Of a stretch of DNA of 64,000 bases, positions 51,549 through 63,955 are shown piece after piece. Positions within the stretch are counted from its first letter, which is position 1, and each line of letters opens with the position of its first letter. The DNA is taken from positions 39,168-103,167 of the forward strand of contig JBBTCT010000036.1 of the NCBI GenBank assembly GCA_038060895.1, read 5' to 3'. The notes under the pieces are model-generated. The model saw only the letters and a list, made by a program, of their open reading frames with translations, made no database searches and had not been told where the DNA came from. This DNA is from Planctomycetota bacterium (GTDB lineage: Bacteria; Planctomycetota; MHYJ01; WSZJ01). The position numbers were made by a program, and so were the translations under genes.

Positions 51549-53897
51549 CTACCTGGCAGGGAACTTCAGCGCCAGCGAGTTATCCAGCACCATGCCATAC
51601 GACACGTTCAACTCAAACGTCACGCGGCCGCTCAGCAACGTCTTGTCCGGGCCGCGCTTCACCATGACCAGCACGTCGTAGTCCCCCGGGTACACGCCGT
51701 AGTCCTTCCCGGTCGCCGTCGGCGTGGCGAGCGGGTTCATCTTGATGAGGCGAGCACACGATCCCTTGAGAAAGATGGTCACCTCCGCGGAGCTGGCATT
51801 CCCGACAACCAGCCGCGGCAGCCCCGGGACCTTCATCGCTTCGCCTGGAATCGTCCCGAGCGACACCGGGCTATCGGTCCCGACCGCTGCGTCCGCCTGC
51901 TTCGCGATCTCCAGCGCGACGCCCTTTGTCGGCGGCTGGTACTCGATGTTGTCGAAGTCGCGGATCACCCATTCCACGTCTTCCTTTTCGCGTTTGTCCT
52001 TCCCGCGTCCGACCGTCACGTAGAACGCCCGCCACGCGTCCTTGTAAGGGACGATCTGGTCGGTCTTTTCCGGGTAAATCTTCACGGCCTCCTTGAACGC
52101 CAGGAGGGCGCTCGGGATGTCCTTGCTTTCCTCGTGCGCCTTCGCGAGCGCCACGAATGCCGCCCGGTTCTTCGCGTCCTTCTTTGTCGCGTCCGTCAGG
52201 AAGAGCACGGCCTTGGCCGCCTGGCGTGTCTTCAGGAAGCAGTCACCCAGCACCGCAATGCAGTCGCTTCCCGCCCCGTCCTGAACCGCGTCCTCGAGAA
52301 GTGGAATCGCGAGATCGAACTTGCCGTTGGCCGCGAGCGCGCGGCCGAGGGGCTCGCGGAGCTCGAGAGACCCGGGGTGGGACTTCTGTGACTTCTCGAG
52401 GGAGGAGAGGGCCTGCTGTGCCTTTCCGACTTCGACCAGGAACGACCCGAGCGTGAAGTTCGCGTCATAGGACATGGAGGAATGCCCGACCGCTTTTTCC
52501 ATCGCGGTCTGCGCGGCCTTGTCGTCGCCGCGTTCGCGCGCGGCCCGCGCTTCGTCGAGTTTCTTCACCAGGTCCGCCACCGTTCCGGAGACCTTCCCCA
52601 GACGGCGCGACGTGATTTCGCGCGCGAGAAACGCCGTGTCCTGCGCGCCTTCCATCGGCACGGCAATTTTCCGGACCTCGTCGATCGTTTTCTGCGCGCC
52701 GTCGAGGTCGCCGGCGTCGATCGCGGCGGCCGCTTTGCCGTAGCTTTCGGAAGCGAGCGCCCGGTTCTGTTCCTGCGCCTCCTTCAGCCCCTTCGCGAAC
52801 GGCGCGTACAGCGGGTCGCCCACAAAGACGGCCATCCACGAGAGCTTGCGGTTCCCGAGCGCGCAGGCTTCGCCCCAGGTGTAGCCCTTGAAGAGCCGCT
52901 CCAGGACCAGACCCATCGTCGGGAAGCCGACCGTGAGGGGCTCGTAAACGGTCCCGGCGGTGCAGGTCGCGCCGTGCGCCAGCAGCGGACCGACCCACTG
53001 CCGCGCATCCTGCCGGATTGAGAAGGCGCTCTGGGAATGGAGGTGGGCCGCGACGGCGCCCGGCCGGAAGGTGTGAGGCGCGGTGCCCGTGTAGTCGGCC
53101 GCGTACCATCCCCAGTAGAAAACGCAGTCCTTGAACGCGGACAGATCCTGCGCTTCCGCCGTGTCCTCGTGGTGCACCACGATCCCCGCCGCTTCGAAAA
53201 CCGCCTTCGACTCCCGGATTTCCTCGTCGGTTTTGCCCAGCGGCGTCGCCTTGTCGAGCCCGCGCGTGTCCACGTAGGCTTCCCCGACGGGACCGTACGT
53301 CTCCGCGTAGATCGCCTTGTCCACGAGCGCCTTCGCGATCGCCGCCGAGGGTCCGTCGAGCCGCGAGACCAGGAAGAGCTGGTGCGCGGGCGTCACGCGC
53401 TCGTCCTTCCCGTACAGGTCGCTGTCGATCCAGCCCTCGAGCTCATGCCCCGGCCGCGGGATCAGCGCCAGCTCCGCATCAAGGCAGGCGTAGTCGCGGT
53501 TCGTGACGAATTTCGTCATCGTCCCGGGAGGCCCGTCCTTCGGCTCGTCGTTCTCGGGGCTCTCTTCGCTGATCTGCGTCGGGATGCCGTAGACCGGAAC
53601 GATGTACAGCGCTTCGGGGAATTTTTCGAGGAAACGCCCCAGCGGCTTCATGATCTGGCCGCGAAACTCGTCCCAGCTGAGCGTCTCCTTGTCCGTCGTC
53701 TTCACGCGGCACAGGTTCTCCTCGGGAATCCCGCGCCGCTTCGCGTAGTGCCGTCCCACGGCCAGCGAATCGGGAACCGACTCGTTCACGAGGATGATGA
53801 CCTTCTTCGCCGGTTCGGTGACAGGCTCAACGGTCCCGCCTTGCGCCAGCGCGAGGGCGGGAAGGAGCCATGCGGCCGCAATTGCAGGGAAGCGCAT
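51549..53897 (-). CDS. TIGR03790 family protein with C-terminal TPRs
   Basis: VNESVPDSLAVGRHYAKRRGIP, VSRLDGP, YWGWY, HLHS, GTVYEP and VGDPLYAPF motifs. Signal peptide. Confidence 0.85.
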   Translation of the reverse strand: MRFPAIAAAWLLPALALAQGGTVEPVTEPAKKVIILVNESVPDSLAVGRHYAKRRGIPEENLCRVKTTDKETLSWDEFRGQIMKPLGRFLEKFPEALYIVPVYGIPTQISEESPENDEPKDGPPGTMTKFVTNRDYACLDAELALIPRPGHELEGWIDSDLYGKDERVTPAHQLFLVSRLDGPSAAIAKALVDKAIYAETYGPVGEAYVDTRGLDKATPLGKTDEEIRESKAVFEAAGIVVHHEDTAEAQDLSAFKDCVFYWGWYAADYTGTAPHTFRPGAVAAHLHSQSAFSIRQDARQWVGPLLAHGATCTAGTVYEPLTVGFPTMGLVLERLFKGYTWGEACALGNRKLSWMAVFVGDPLYAPFAKGLKEAQEQNRALASESYGKAAAAIDAGDLDGAQKTIDEVRKIAVPMEGAQDTAFLAREITSRRLGKVSGTVADLVKKLDEARAARERGDDKAAQTAMEKAVGHSSMSYDANFTLGSFLVEVGKAQQALSSLEKSQKSHPGSLELREPLGRALAANGKFDLAIPLLEDAVQDGAGSDCIAVLGDCFLKTRQAAKAVLFLTDATKKDAKNRAAFVALAKAHEESKDIPSALLAFKEAVKIYPEKTDQIVPYKDAWRAFYVTVGRGKDKREKEDVEWVIRDFDNIEYQPPTKGVALEIAKQADAAVGTDSPVSLGTIPGEAMKVPGLPRLVVGNASSAEVTIFLKGSCARLIKMNPLATPTATGKDYGVYPGDYDVLVMVKRGPDKTLLSGRVTFELNVSYGMVLDNSLALKFPAR

Positions 53898-53962
53898 CGG
53901 CATAGTCTAGCGCATCGGCGAAGGGGGCGGAGTGGAACGGGACCTCGGGAAGGCGCGGCCGA

Positions 53963-54011
53963 TTGACATCTTAATTTATAATTATAAATTAGAAATTTGT
54001 AATTATAAATT
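53963..54011. promoter_or_regulatory. AT-rich palindromic repeat beside TTGACA in a divergent promoter region
   Basis: TTGACA at 53963. Perfect 20-bp palindrome TAATTTATAATTATAAATTA at 53972-53991. Near copy at 53994-54011. Confidence 0.55.
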
Positions 54012-54145
54012 GCCGGTGCCGCTTCGCTCGCCTTCGCGCCTCCACCTCACAACACCGCGTAACTTCCCGTACCTCTCTACGTCCTGTTTGCGGCCCCCGG
54101 TCCCCCCGGCTAGAATCGCCCTTCCCCCCGGAGATACTCCCGAGC

Positions 54146-57100
54146 ATGCCCGAGACCGCCGACCCTTCTGCCGAATCGATCCGCAGCCGCGGGTACTGCA
54201 CCGAAGAGCAGGTGCAGGAGGCGCTCGAGATCCAGCAGAAGATGCGGGACATGGGGATCAACCCCAAGCCGCTGGCGGAGATCCTGCTCGACAAGGGGCA
54301 CCTGTCGAAGGAGCAGTACCGGGAAGTTTCGGCGAAGCCGCTTCATGAAAAGGGCTCCCTCGAGAAGGACTCGATCCCCGGCTACGAGCTTCTGAAAAAG
54401 ATCGGGCAGGGCGGGATGGGCGCGGTGTTCCAGGCGCGGCAGGTGTCGATGGACCGCATCGTCGCGCTCAAGGTCCTGCCGCCCAAGCTCGCGAAAGACG
54501 CGCAGTTCCGCGAGAGGTTCATGCGGGAAGCGCGGGCCGTGGCGAAGCTGAACCACGAGAACATCATCCAGGGGATCGACGTCGGGACCGCCAACGGCCT
54601 CTACTTCTTCGTGATGGAGTTCGTGGACGGGCAGCCGATTTCGAAACGGCTCATCGACGGGAAGCCGCTTCCCGAGAAGGAAGCGCTGGGGATCTGCGGG
54701 CAGATTGCGCGGGCGCTGGAGCATGCGTGGCGGCACAAGCTGGTGCACCGGGACGTGAAGCCGGAAAACATCATGTCCACGGCGGAAGGGGTTGCGAAGC
54801 TGTGTGACCTCGGGCTGGCGAAGCAGGAGACGGGGGACGTGGGGCTGACGCAGGCGGGGTTGAGCGTCGGGACGCCGAACTACATCTCGCCGGAGCAGGC
54901 GCGGGGCGAAGAGGACGTGGACACGCGGAGCGACCTGTATTCGCTCGGGGCGAGCCTGTACCACATGATGACGGGGCAGGTTCCGTACGAAGGGACGGTG
55001 CCGTCTGTGGTGATGACGAAGCACATCACCGAGGAGCTCGTGCCGCCGCAGAAGATCCGGCCGGAGCTGTCGGCCGAGTCGAATGCGATCGTGCTGAAGG
55101 CGATGCAGAAGCGGCGCGAGGACCGCTATCCGGACCCGGCGCAGATGGCGGCGGACCTGGAAGCGGCGGCGGCGGGGAAGCCGCTGGTCTACGTGAAGGT
55201 GGCTTCGGCGGCGAAGAAGTCGCTCTCGCCGGGGCAGGTGGCGGCCGGGGCGCCGGTGATGCCGCTGCCGGGCGGGGAGACGGCACGGAAGGCGCATCAT
55301 TCGAGTCACGCGGGACCGCCGAAGACCTCGACGGTGATCGCCCCGATCGCGATCGCAACGATCGTGGCGCTGGCGATCATCGGCGGCGTCGTGATGGCGA
55401 CCAAGGGCAAAAAGGCGCCGGAAAATACGCCACCCCCCGTGAACACGACCGTGGCGGAAGTCCCCGAAAAGGTGGACAACCCGGGCGGCACCGGTCCCGT
55501 CATCGACGTCTCCGCAGAACGCGAGAAGAAGATCGAAGAGGAATACAAGGCGCTGGCCGGCTTCATCGAGGGAAACCAGGCCGATCCCGCGCGCCTGAAC
55601 GACATCGAGTCGCGCCTCGAGGAGTTCATCGCCACGCACCGCAAGACCGCCTGGGAAAACAAGGCGATCGCCGACCGCAAGAAGTTCCGCGACGGCCTCG
55701 ACGCCACGGCACAGACGCTTCTCGCCAGAATCCGCGCCGAGGCGGAACCCGCCCGGAAGGAAGGCCGCGCGTGGGAGGCTTACACTGCGGCGCAGGTCAA
55801 GTGGGTGAAGCATTTCGACTCGACGCCGACAGCGAAGAAATTTGCCGACCTGCTCGCCGAAATCGACGCGGAGATGCAGGCCGCGTGGGCGAAGGACCGC
55901 GATGCGGCAAAGTCCCTGCAGGAGAAAAAGGACTACGCGAAGGCCCAGGCGGCGCTGGACGGCGTCAAAAAGTACGCTTCTCCGCCCGTGCTGGCGCAGG
56001 CGGACACGCTTCGGGCCGAGATCAAAAAGGCCGGAGAGGAGTACGTGGCGAAGCTCGCGGAAATCGGGAAGAAGCGACACGACACGGAGTTCTGGCCGGC
56101 GCTCGAGAAGCTGCTGACGGAACGCAAGTACAAGGAAGCGCTGACGCACTGCGACAGATTCCTGAAGGACGCCGAGATGGTGGCGGTAAAGGACCGGATC
56201 ATGGCGATGATCGACGACGTCATGTCGCTGAATCTCGTCCTGGGAGATGCGGCCAGGGGCGCCGACGCGGCGATCCGTTCGAAGGAGATCGTGCTGATCA
56301 AGAAGTTCGACGTGAGGGTGACGTCGCGGGACGCGGACCGCGTTGGCTACGCGTTCCCGAAAGGCGGCTCGAGCGAGCTCCAGATATCGAGGGCGGCGGA
56401 AGAAGACATCGCCGTCCTGTGCCAGCTGGCGTTCAACACGCTGACGGCGGAGCAGAAGGCAGCCGACAAGGGGCCTTATTATTTCCGCATCGGCCTGCTG
56501 TTCTTCTTCAGCGCCGAGGAAAAGAACAAGAAGCGGGCCATCGACGAGCTGGAGCGGGCGTCGAAAGAGGGCGTCGCGCGGGCGAAGTGGTACCTCGATC
56601 GCCTCGGGGAGCGCGGGCTTGGCGACGCGGAGCTGGTCGCGAAGAAGCTTTTCGAAGAGGCGACGGACGCGTTCGACCGGAAGAAATTCCCGGAGGCGCG
56701 GCAGAAGTACCAGCGGCTCCTGTCCGAGCTGGCCGCGACGGACTGGGTAAAGGCGCGGAGGGCCGCGATCCAGCAGAAGATCGCGGAATGCGACGCGAAG
56801 GCCGGTGGAAGCGACACAACCGGGATCCAGTCCATCCTGAAAGGAACCGTGCTCAAGACCTACGCCCGCGGCGCCGTCGAGGTGATGTACGACTTCGCGA
56901 CGAGCGAGCAGCTGCAGGACTGGTCAACGAATGCGGGCACCTGGACCTGGGACAAGGACACGCAGTCGCTTCGAGGCGCGGCCCCCGAGGAAGCGACACG
57001 CGGATTCAACTGGAATGTCCCGCTCGTCGGCGACATGTCGATCGACATGAAACTCACTGCGCTGGCGGACCGCGGCATCGGCATCACCGTCCACAACGAC

Positions 57101-57478
57101 TCTGCCGGCCACTCCTACATGGCGCTCTTCGGCGGTTTCGCCCCCGCGACGGCCCAGTCGCTCGGCAACCCGGACCTCAAGTCCCTCGCTCTCACCAAGA
57201 TCAACCTCAACGGAAACCCGCCCTTCGCCGTCTTCCAGAGCGCCGCCGATCCCAAGGCGCAACGCGGAACGCCGCTGCGCGTCCGGCTCACCCGCGCGGT
57301 ACGCGCCCTCAGCCTCTACATCGACGACAAGAAAGTCCTGAGCGGCGAGGACGATGCCTGGACGCGGGGGCAGATTTCGCTCTTCCTCCAGGGAAGCGAG
57401 GCCCGCTTCGACGACATTCTCATCTATGGCACGCCCGACCAGGACTGGCTCAAGACGAAGTTGCCCGGGGGGAAGTAG
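54146..57478 (+). CDS. Membrane Ser/Thr protein kinase with MshEN-like N-terminus and large periplasmic helical + lectin-like domain
   Basis: GQGGMG, HRDVKPEN, DLG and GTPNYISPE motifs. One TM. C-terminal DUF1080/ConA-like pattern (GQISL...ARFDDI). Confidence 0.9.
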   Translation: MPETADPSAESIRSRGYCTEEQVQEALEIQQKMRDMGINPKPLAEILLDKGHLSKEQYREVSAKPLHEKGSLEKDSIPGYELLKKIGQGGMGAVFQARQVSMDRIVALKVLPPKLAKDAQFRERFMREARAVAKLNHENIIQGIDVGTANGLYFFVMEFVDGQPISKRLIDGKPLPEKEALGICGQIARALEHAWRHKLVHRDVKPENIMSTAEGVAKLCDLGLAKQETGDVGLTQAGLSVGTPNYISPEQARGEEDVDTRSDLYSLGASLYHMMTGQVPYEGTVPSVVMTKHITEELVPPQKIRPELSAESNAIVLKAMQKRREDRYPDPAQMAADLEAAAAGKPLVYVKVASAAKKSLSPGQVAAGAPVMPLPGGETARKAHHSSHAGPPKTSTVIAPIAIATIVALAIIGGVVMATKGKKAPENTPPPVNTTVAEVPEKVDNPGGTGPVIDVSAEREKKIEEEYKALAGFIEGNQADPARLNDIESRLEEFIATHRKTAWENKAIADRKKFRDGLDATAQTLLARIRAEAEPARKEGRAWEAYTAAQVKWVKHFDSTPTAKKFADLLAEIDAEMQAAWAKDRDAAKSLQEKKDYAKAQAALDGVKKYASPPVLAQADTLRAEIKKAGEEYVAKLAEIGKKRHDTEFWPALEKLLTERKYKEALTHCDRFLKDAEMVAVKDRIMAMIDDVMSLNLVLGDAARGADAAIRSKEIVLIKKFDVRVTSRDADRVGYAFPKGGSSELQISRAAEEDIAVLCQLAFNTLTAEQKAADKGPYYFRIGLLFFFSAEEKNKKRAIDELERASKEGVARAKWYLDRLGERGLGDAELVAKKLFEEATDAFDRKKFPEARQKYQRLLSELAATDWVKARRAAIQQKIAECDAKAGGSDTTGIQSILKGTVLKTYARGAVEVMYDFATSEQLQDWSTNAGTWTWDKDTQSLRGAAPEEATRGFNWNVPLVGDMSIDMKLTALADRGIGITVHNDSAGHSYMALFGGFAPATAQSLGNPDLKSLALTKINLNGNPPFAVFQSAADPKAQRGTPLRVRLTRAVRALSLYIDDKKVLSGEDDAWTRGQISLFLQGSEARFDDILIYGTPDQDWLKTKLPGGK

Positions 57479-57497
57479 CTTTCCAGGAGAGTTGCAG

Positions 57498-58142
57498 ATG
57501 AAGTGGACTCTGATCTTTGCGATGGCCACGGCCGCCGCATTCGCCATCGCAGGCTGCAGCGAGCCAGGCACGGACGACGAGGGGACGACGCCGATTCCAG
57601 TCGACAGCGGCGCCAACGACGCGCCCTGCACGGAGCCGTACGAGTTCGCGTTCTTCCAGTTTGCCCGAAAGGGCGACTTCCGTCCCACCGGCGACCGCAA
57701 GCCCCGCACGATGTACACGCTCCTCTATACGGCGGGCTGGATGAAGTCGCGCACCTTCGGAGGGCCTTTCGAGGCGCAGGTGAAGCGCGAGGGGATCGAG
57801 GTTTTCTGGAAGGAGATCAAGAAGCGGGCGACGCACGACCTGTATGCCTACATGTACGAGAAAGGCTTCTTCGATCTGCCGGGAAGCGACCTGGTGGATT
57901 GGACGCGCTTCAAGGAGCCGGGGTACACGACCAAGGCGATTGCGGTGACGCGCGACGACGTCCGGCACATCGTGTTTTTCGAGGACATCACGGGGGAGCG
58001 GGGCGACGACCCGCGATGGGGGACGTTCAACGACTGCGTGAACCAGATGTTGTCCACGTACTCCTCGATTGAGGACGTGCGGGCGCACGTGCAGAAGGGT
58101 GGGTTTGATTCGGCGCTCGAGGCGTACTTAAAGGGAAGATGA
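57498..58142 (+). CDS. Hypothetical lipoprotein
   Basis: AGGAG RBS and lipobox IAG-C. Confidence 0.75.
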   Translation: MKWTLIFAMATAAAFAIAGCSEPGTDDEGTTPIPVDSGANDAPCTEPYEFAFFQFARKGDFRPTGDRKPRTMYTLLYTAGWMKSRTFGGPFEAQVKREGIEVFWKEIKKRATHDLYAYMYEKGFFDLPGSDLVDWTRFKEPGYTTKAIAVTRDDVRHIVFFEDITGERGDDPRWGTFNDCVNQMLSTYSSIEDVRAHVQKGGFDSALEAYLKGR

Positions 58143-58214
58143 ACGCCGGCTGGCATTGGCTGGAGCTGGCCTGCCATCTTGACACCCCTTTCGGGGGGCG
58201 CGGCCCCTACGGGA

Positions 58215-58230
58215 TGGCACCCGGTTTGCT
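58215..58230 (+). promoter_or_regulatory. Sigma-54 (-24/-12) promoter of clpB
   Basis: TGGCAC-CCGGT-TTGCT with exact GG-N10-GC spacing. Confidence 0.75.
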
Positions 58231-58242
58231 TTTTGAACGGGT

Positions 58243-60831
<2,589 letters not shown>

Positions 60832-60899
60832 ATAGGGGGTGGTGGGTAGTTGGTAGGAAAGGAGAACCCCCAGATTCCGGCGAGCCCCAGGTCGCCCCT

Positions 60900-60935
60900 A
60901 AAAAAAAGGGGCGGCGAGGTCTGAACTCGCCGCCC
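60900..60935 (-). terminator. Rho-independent terminator between convergent genes
   Basis: Stem GGGCGGCGAG-loop-CTCGCCGCCC with A8 on the left, giving a U-tract on the minus strand. Confidence 0.75.
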
Positions 60936-60965
60936 TGAGTTTCGCCGTTCCTACCCCCTACCCAC

Positions 60966-61907
60966 TTACTTCTTCGGCTCCTTCAGCAACCACTCCTCAA
61001 CCTCCTTGCGGTCCGCCCAGTCCTTCGGCGCAACCTCAAGAGCTTTCTTGTAGTCCGGCACCGCGTCGTCGCCCATGCCGGCGGCGTACTTCGCGTAACC
61101 GCGCAGCTTCCAGGCGTCTGCATTCTTCGGCGAGAGACGGAGCGCCTCGTCGAGATCCGCGATCGCCTCCTTGTACTTCTTGAGCTCGCAGGAGATGAGC
61201 GCGCGATTGAAGCGGGCGTTGCGGTGGTCGGGATCGGCGGCGAGCGCCGCGCTGAAATCGTCGTTGGCCTTGGTGAAATCTTTCTTGGCGTACCAGGCGA
61301 GGCCGCGGGCGTTTAGGACTCCGGCGTGGCCGGGGTTGGCCTTGAGCCCCTCGTTGGCCGTCTCGAGGGCGGAGTCGATGGCATTCTTGCGGACGCGCAG
61401 CTCGGCGAGCGCGGCCCAGGCGTGCGCGCTTTGCGCGTTGAGGCCGGTGGCCGCCTTGAAGTCACCCTCCGCGCCTTCGTAGTCCTTCTGGGCCCAGCGC
61501 ACCATGCCGCGGCGGTAAACCGCGAGCTGGCTCTTCGGATCGAGCTTCACGGCTTCGTCCAGGTCCGCCCGGGCTTTCGTCAGGTCGCCCTTCTGCCGCC
61601 AGGTCCACCCGCGGTTCGTGCGCGGGCGAGCGTCGTCCGGCGCCAGCTCCACGGCCTTGTCGTAATCGGCGAGCGCCTTGTCCGCCAGCCCCAGCCGCAC
61701 GTACGCATTTCCGCGGTTGTTCCGCGGCGCCATCGCGCCCGGGTCTTCCTCGATGGCCTCCGTGTACGCCTTCACGGCTCCCTCGAGGTCGTCATTCTGC
61801 AGGCAGACGTCGCCGCGCTGCTTCGCCTCGCTGCCCCCGCCGTCCTTCTCCGAACCCGAACATGCCGCCAGCACTGCCACCAGCGCCACAGGCCACAGTC
61901 GCTTCAT
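60966..61907 (-). CDS. TPR-repeat lipoprotein
   Basis: Lipobox LAA-C and about 8 TPRs (NNRG...ALADYDKAVEL). Confidence 0.88.
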   Translation of the reverse strand: MKRLWPVALVAVLAACSGSEKDGGGSEAKQRGDVCLQNDDLEGAVKAYTEAIEEDPGAMAPRNNRGNAYVRLGLADKALADYDKAVELAPDDARPRTNRGWTWRQKGDLTKARADLDEAVKLDPKSQLAVYRRGMVRWAQKDYEGAEGDFKAATGLNAQSAHAWAALAELRVRKNAIDSALETANEGLKANPGHAGVLNARGLAWYAKKDFTKANDDFSAALAADPDHRNARFNRALISCELKKYKEAIADLDEALRLSPKNADAWKLRGYAKYAAGMGDDAVPDYKKALEVAPKDWADRKEVEEWLLKEPKK

Positions 61908-61995
61908 CCGTTCCCCCTCTCATGTTTCGTTTTTCGGGACGTCCCCCAAGGCCGCGTATAATCCCACGCCCCAGCCGCTTCTCGGAGAAAAACCC

Positions 61996-63246
61996 ATGCG
62001 CCGTCTGACCCTCCTGTTTCTGACCGGCCTCCTGGCCTTCGCCGGGGACAAAGGCCAGGGATCGAAGGACGTCGAGCTGAAGAAGGCCATTGCCGGCGGG
62101 CTGGCCGAACTGGCGGCGTGGGCGCAGCCGAAGAAGCTGAATACCGAAGCGCGGGCGCTGGCGGACGAGGCGCTGGTGCTGGACGCGGCGCATGCGAAGG
62201 CGAAGGAGATCAAGGAGAAGGCGGCGGGGGATTCGGCGGCGTCGGAGGCCGACCAGAAGGAGTGGGCAACCAGGAAGGCGGCGTTCGGGAAGAAGATCGC
62301 GCCTCTGTACATCGACCTGTCGAAGCAGAAGCACGCGGCGAAAGAGGATGCGGTGTTCGACGGGTATTTCGTGCGCGGGTTCGAGTGGGCGCCGAAGGAA
62401 GCGGGGCCGCTGCTGGACGGGGCGTGGCGCGACGCGGTGGGGAAGAAGGACTGGGGACGGGCGTACCGGCTGCTGTCGGGCGCGCAGCGGGTGGTGGACG
62501 ATCCGGCGCGGGCGAAGGCGCTGAAGGATGTCGAGCTGCGGGAAGGGGAGCGGACGCCGCTTCTGCGCAAGGCGTCGGCGCACGACATGCAGTACTACCT
62601 GGTGCTGCCGAAGGATTGGACGCCGGCGAAGAAGTGGCCAATTCTGGTTTACGTCGAGGGCGCGGGGGCGAATTTCAAAGGCGCGATCGAGAATCTGGCG
62701 GGGCAGCGCGGGGACTTCAACGCGATCCTGATCACGCCGCAGACGTTTTCGAGCACGAACAACCTGGTCGAGATGAAGGCGAAGTACACGTACGACCTTG
62801 CGACGCTGGAGAAGTGGGATGCGGGCGCGCGGATGAAGTTCGACGAAGAGGGGTTCCTGAACGTGCTCGCGGACGTGAAGAAGGACTTCAACGGCGAGGA
62901 CAAGATCTACATCACGGGGTTCAGCGGCGGCGGAAACCTGACGTGGCAGATGGTGTTCTGCCATCCGGAGATGCTGGTTGCGGCGGCGCCGGCCTGTCCG
63001 AACTTCTACGAGCACAATTTGAGCGTGATTTCGACCGACGCGGCCCGCGAGACGCTTCCCGTGAAGGTTTTCCAGGGGGATAAGGACGAGTACATCGACA
63101 AGCTCTTGAATCCGCAGTGGGACTCGGCGAAGAAGATTGCGGACGAGAAGGGGTGGAAGAACGTGAGCAGGGAGATGGTGCCGGGGGCGGGGCATGACAC
63201 TTGCTGGAAACTGGTGCTGGCGTTTTTCAAGGGGCAGAAGAAATAA
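61996..63246 (+). CDS. Secreted alpha/beta hydrolase (esterase/peptidase-like)
   Basis: GGAG RBS and signal peptide. YYLVLPKDW...WPILV, GFSGGG nucleophile elbow, GDKD and GAGH motifs. Confidence 0.85.
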   Translation: MRRLTLLFLTGLLAFAGDKGQGSKDVELKKAIAGGLAELAAWAQPKKLNTEARALADEALVLDAAHAKAKEIKEKAAGDSAASEADQKEWATRKAAFGKKIAPLYIDLSKQKHAAKEDAVFDGYFVRGFEWAPKEAGPLLDGAWRDAVGKKDWGRAYRLLSGAQRVVDDPARAKALKDVELREGERTPLLRKASAHDMQYYLVLPKDWTPAKKWPILVYVEGAGANFKGAIENLAGQRGDFNAILITPQTFSSTNNLVEMKAKYTYDLATLEKWDAGARMKFDEEGFLNVLADVKKDFNGEDKIYITGFSGGGNLTWQMVFCHPEMLVAAAPACPNFYEHNLSVISTDAARETLPVKVFQGDKDEYIDKLLNPQWDSAKKIADEKGWKNVSREMVPGAGHDTCWKLVLAFFKGQKK

Positions 63247-63281
63247 GTGAGGTGTGGCGGCGCCCTGCGGGCGCCGAAATT

Positions 63282-63372
63282 ACAACTACAAGACGACAAG
63301 TTTCAAGCAAAGGGAGAACTACAAGAGGACAACTTCAAGATGGGCCATTGAATTTGCGTCGTTGAACTTGCT
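63282..63372. repeat. CAACTACAA/CAACTTCAA-type repeat element (left copy)
   Basis: 63301-63337 matches the reverse complement of 63911-63947 at 35/37 and is a direct repeat of 63855-63887. Confidence 0.75.
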
Positions 63373-63382
63373 GATTCCAGCC

Positions 63383-63727
63383 TCACGGTCTGGGCGCCGG
63401 AGGAGGCGCGCTTCCGGCCGCCGGCGCGACCGGACCTCGCTCCAGCCTCTCCCGGCTCAGTCCCAGGTCGCGGTGCATATCGATGAGGGCGATGCACAGG
63501 TCCCCCGCCGCCAGCAGCATGATGGTCTGCGCTACCAGCCATGTCGCGTTCCCGCCGAGGGCGAACCAGTAGGCCTTGTCCACGAGTTCGGCCTTCGAAG
63601 CGACGTGGTAGGCGGTCCAGAGCCCGACGATCCCGAACGCCAGCCAGCAGGCGGCGCAGACCTTGAGGATGGGAGAAGCGAGCATGAGGAAGAGGAACGG
63701 GGAAGGGCGGCGCGGGGGTTCGGGCAT
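63383..63727 (-). CDS. Small two-TM membrane protein
   Basis: AAGGAG RBS before ATG 63727 and two hydrophobic helices. Confidence 0.65.
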   Translation of the reverse strand: MPEPPRRPSPFLFLMLASPILKVCAACWLAFGIVGLWTAYHVASKAELVDKAYWFALGGNATWLVAQTIMLLAAGDLCIALIDMHRDLGLSRERLERGPVAPAAGSAPPPAPRP

Positions 63728-63821
63728 TGGGGGGTCTCCTTGGGGGGAGCTGGTAGAAACGCCTGGGTGCGAATCGGGTTCGACCATTTGAACGCGGAGT
63801 GGCTGGAGTGCGAGGAAAAAC

Positions 63822-63955
63822 GGAGAACTTCAAATTTCAATTTTCAAGTTCCAGGCAAAGGGAGAACTACAAAGGGGCAACTTCAAGGATGCGCCATCAT
63901 CTCGGGAGCCTGAAATTGTCGTCTTGTAGTTCTCCCTTTGCTTGAAAATTGAAAG
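63822..63955. repeat. Inverted-repeat element (right copy)
   Basis: GCAAAGGGAGAACTACAA (from 63855) pairs with TTGTAGTTCTCCCTTTGC (to 63941). Confidence 0.8.
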
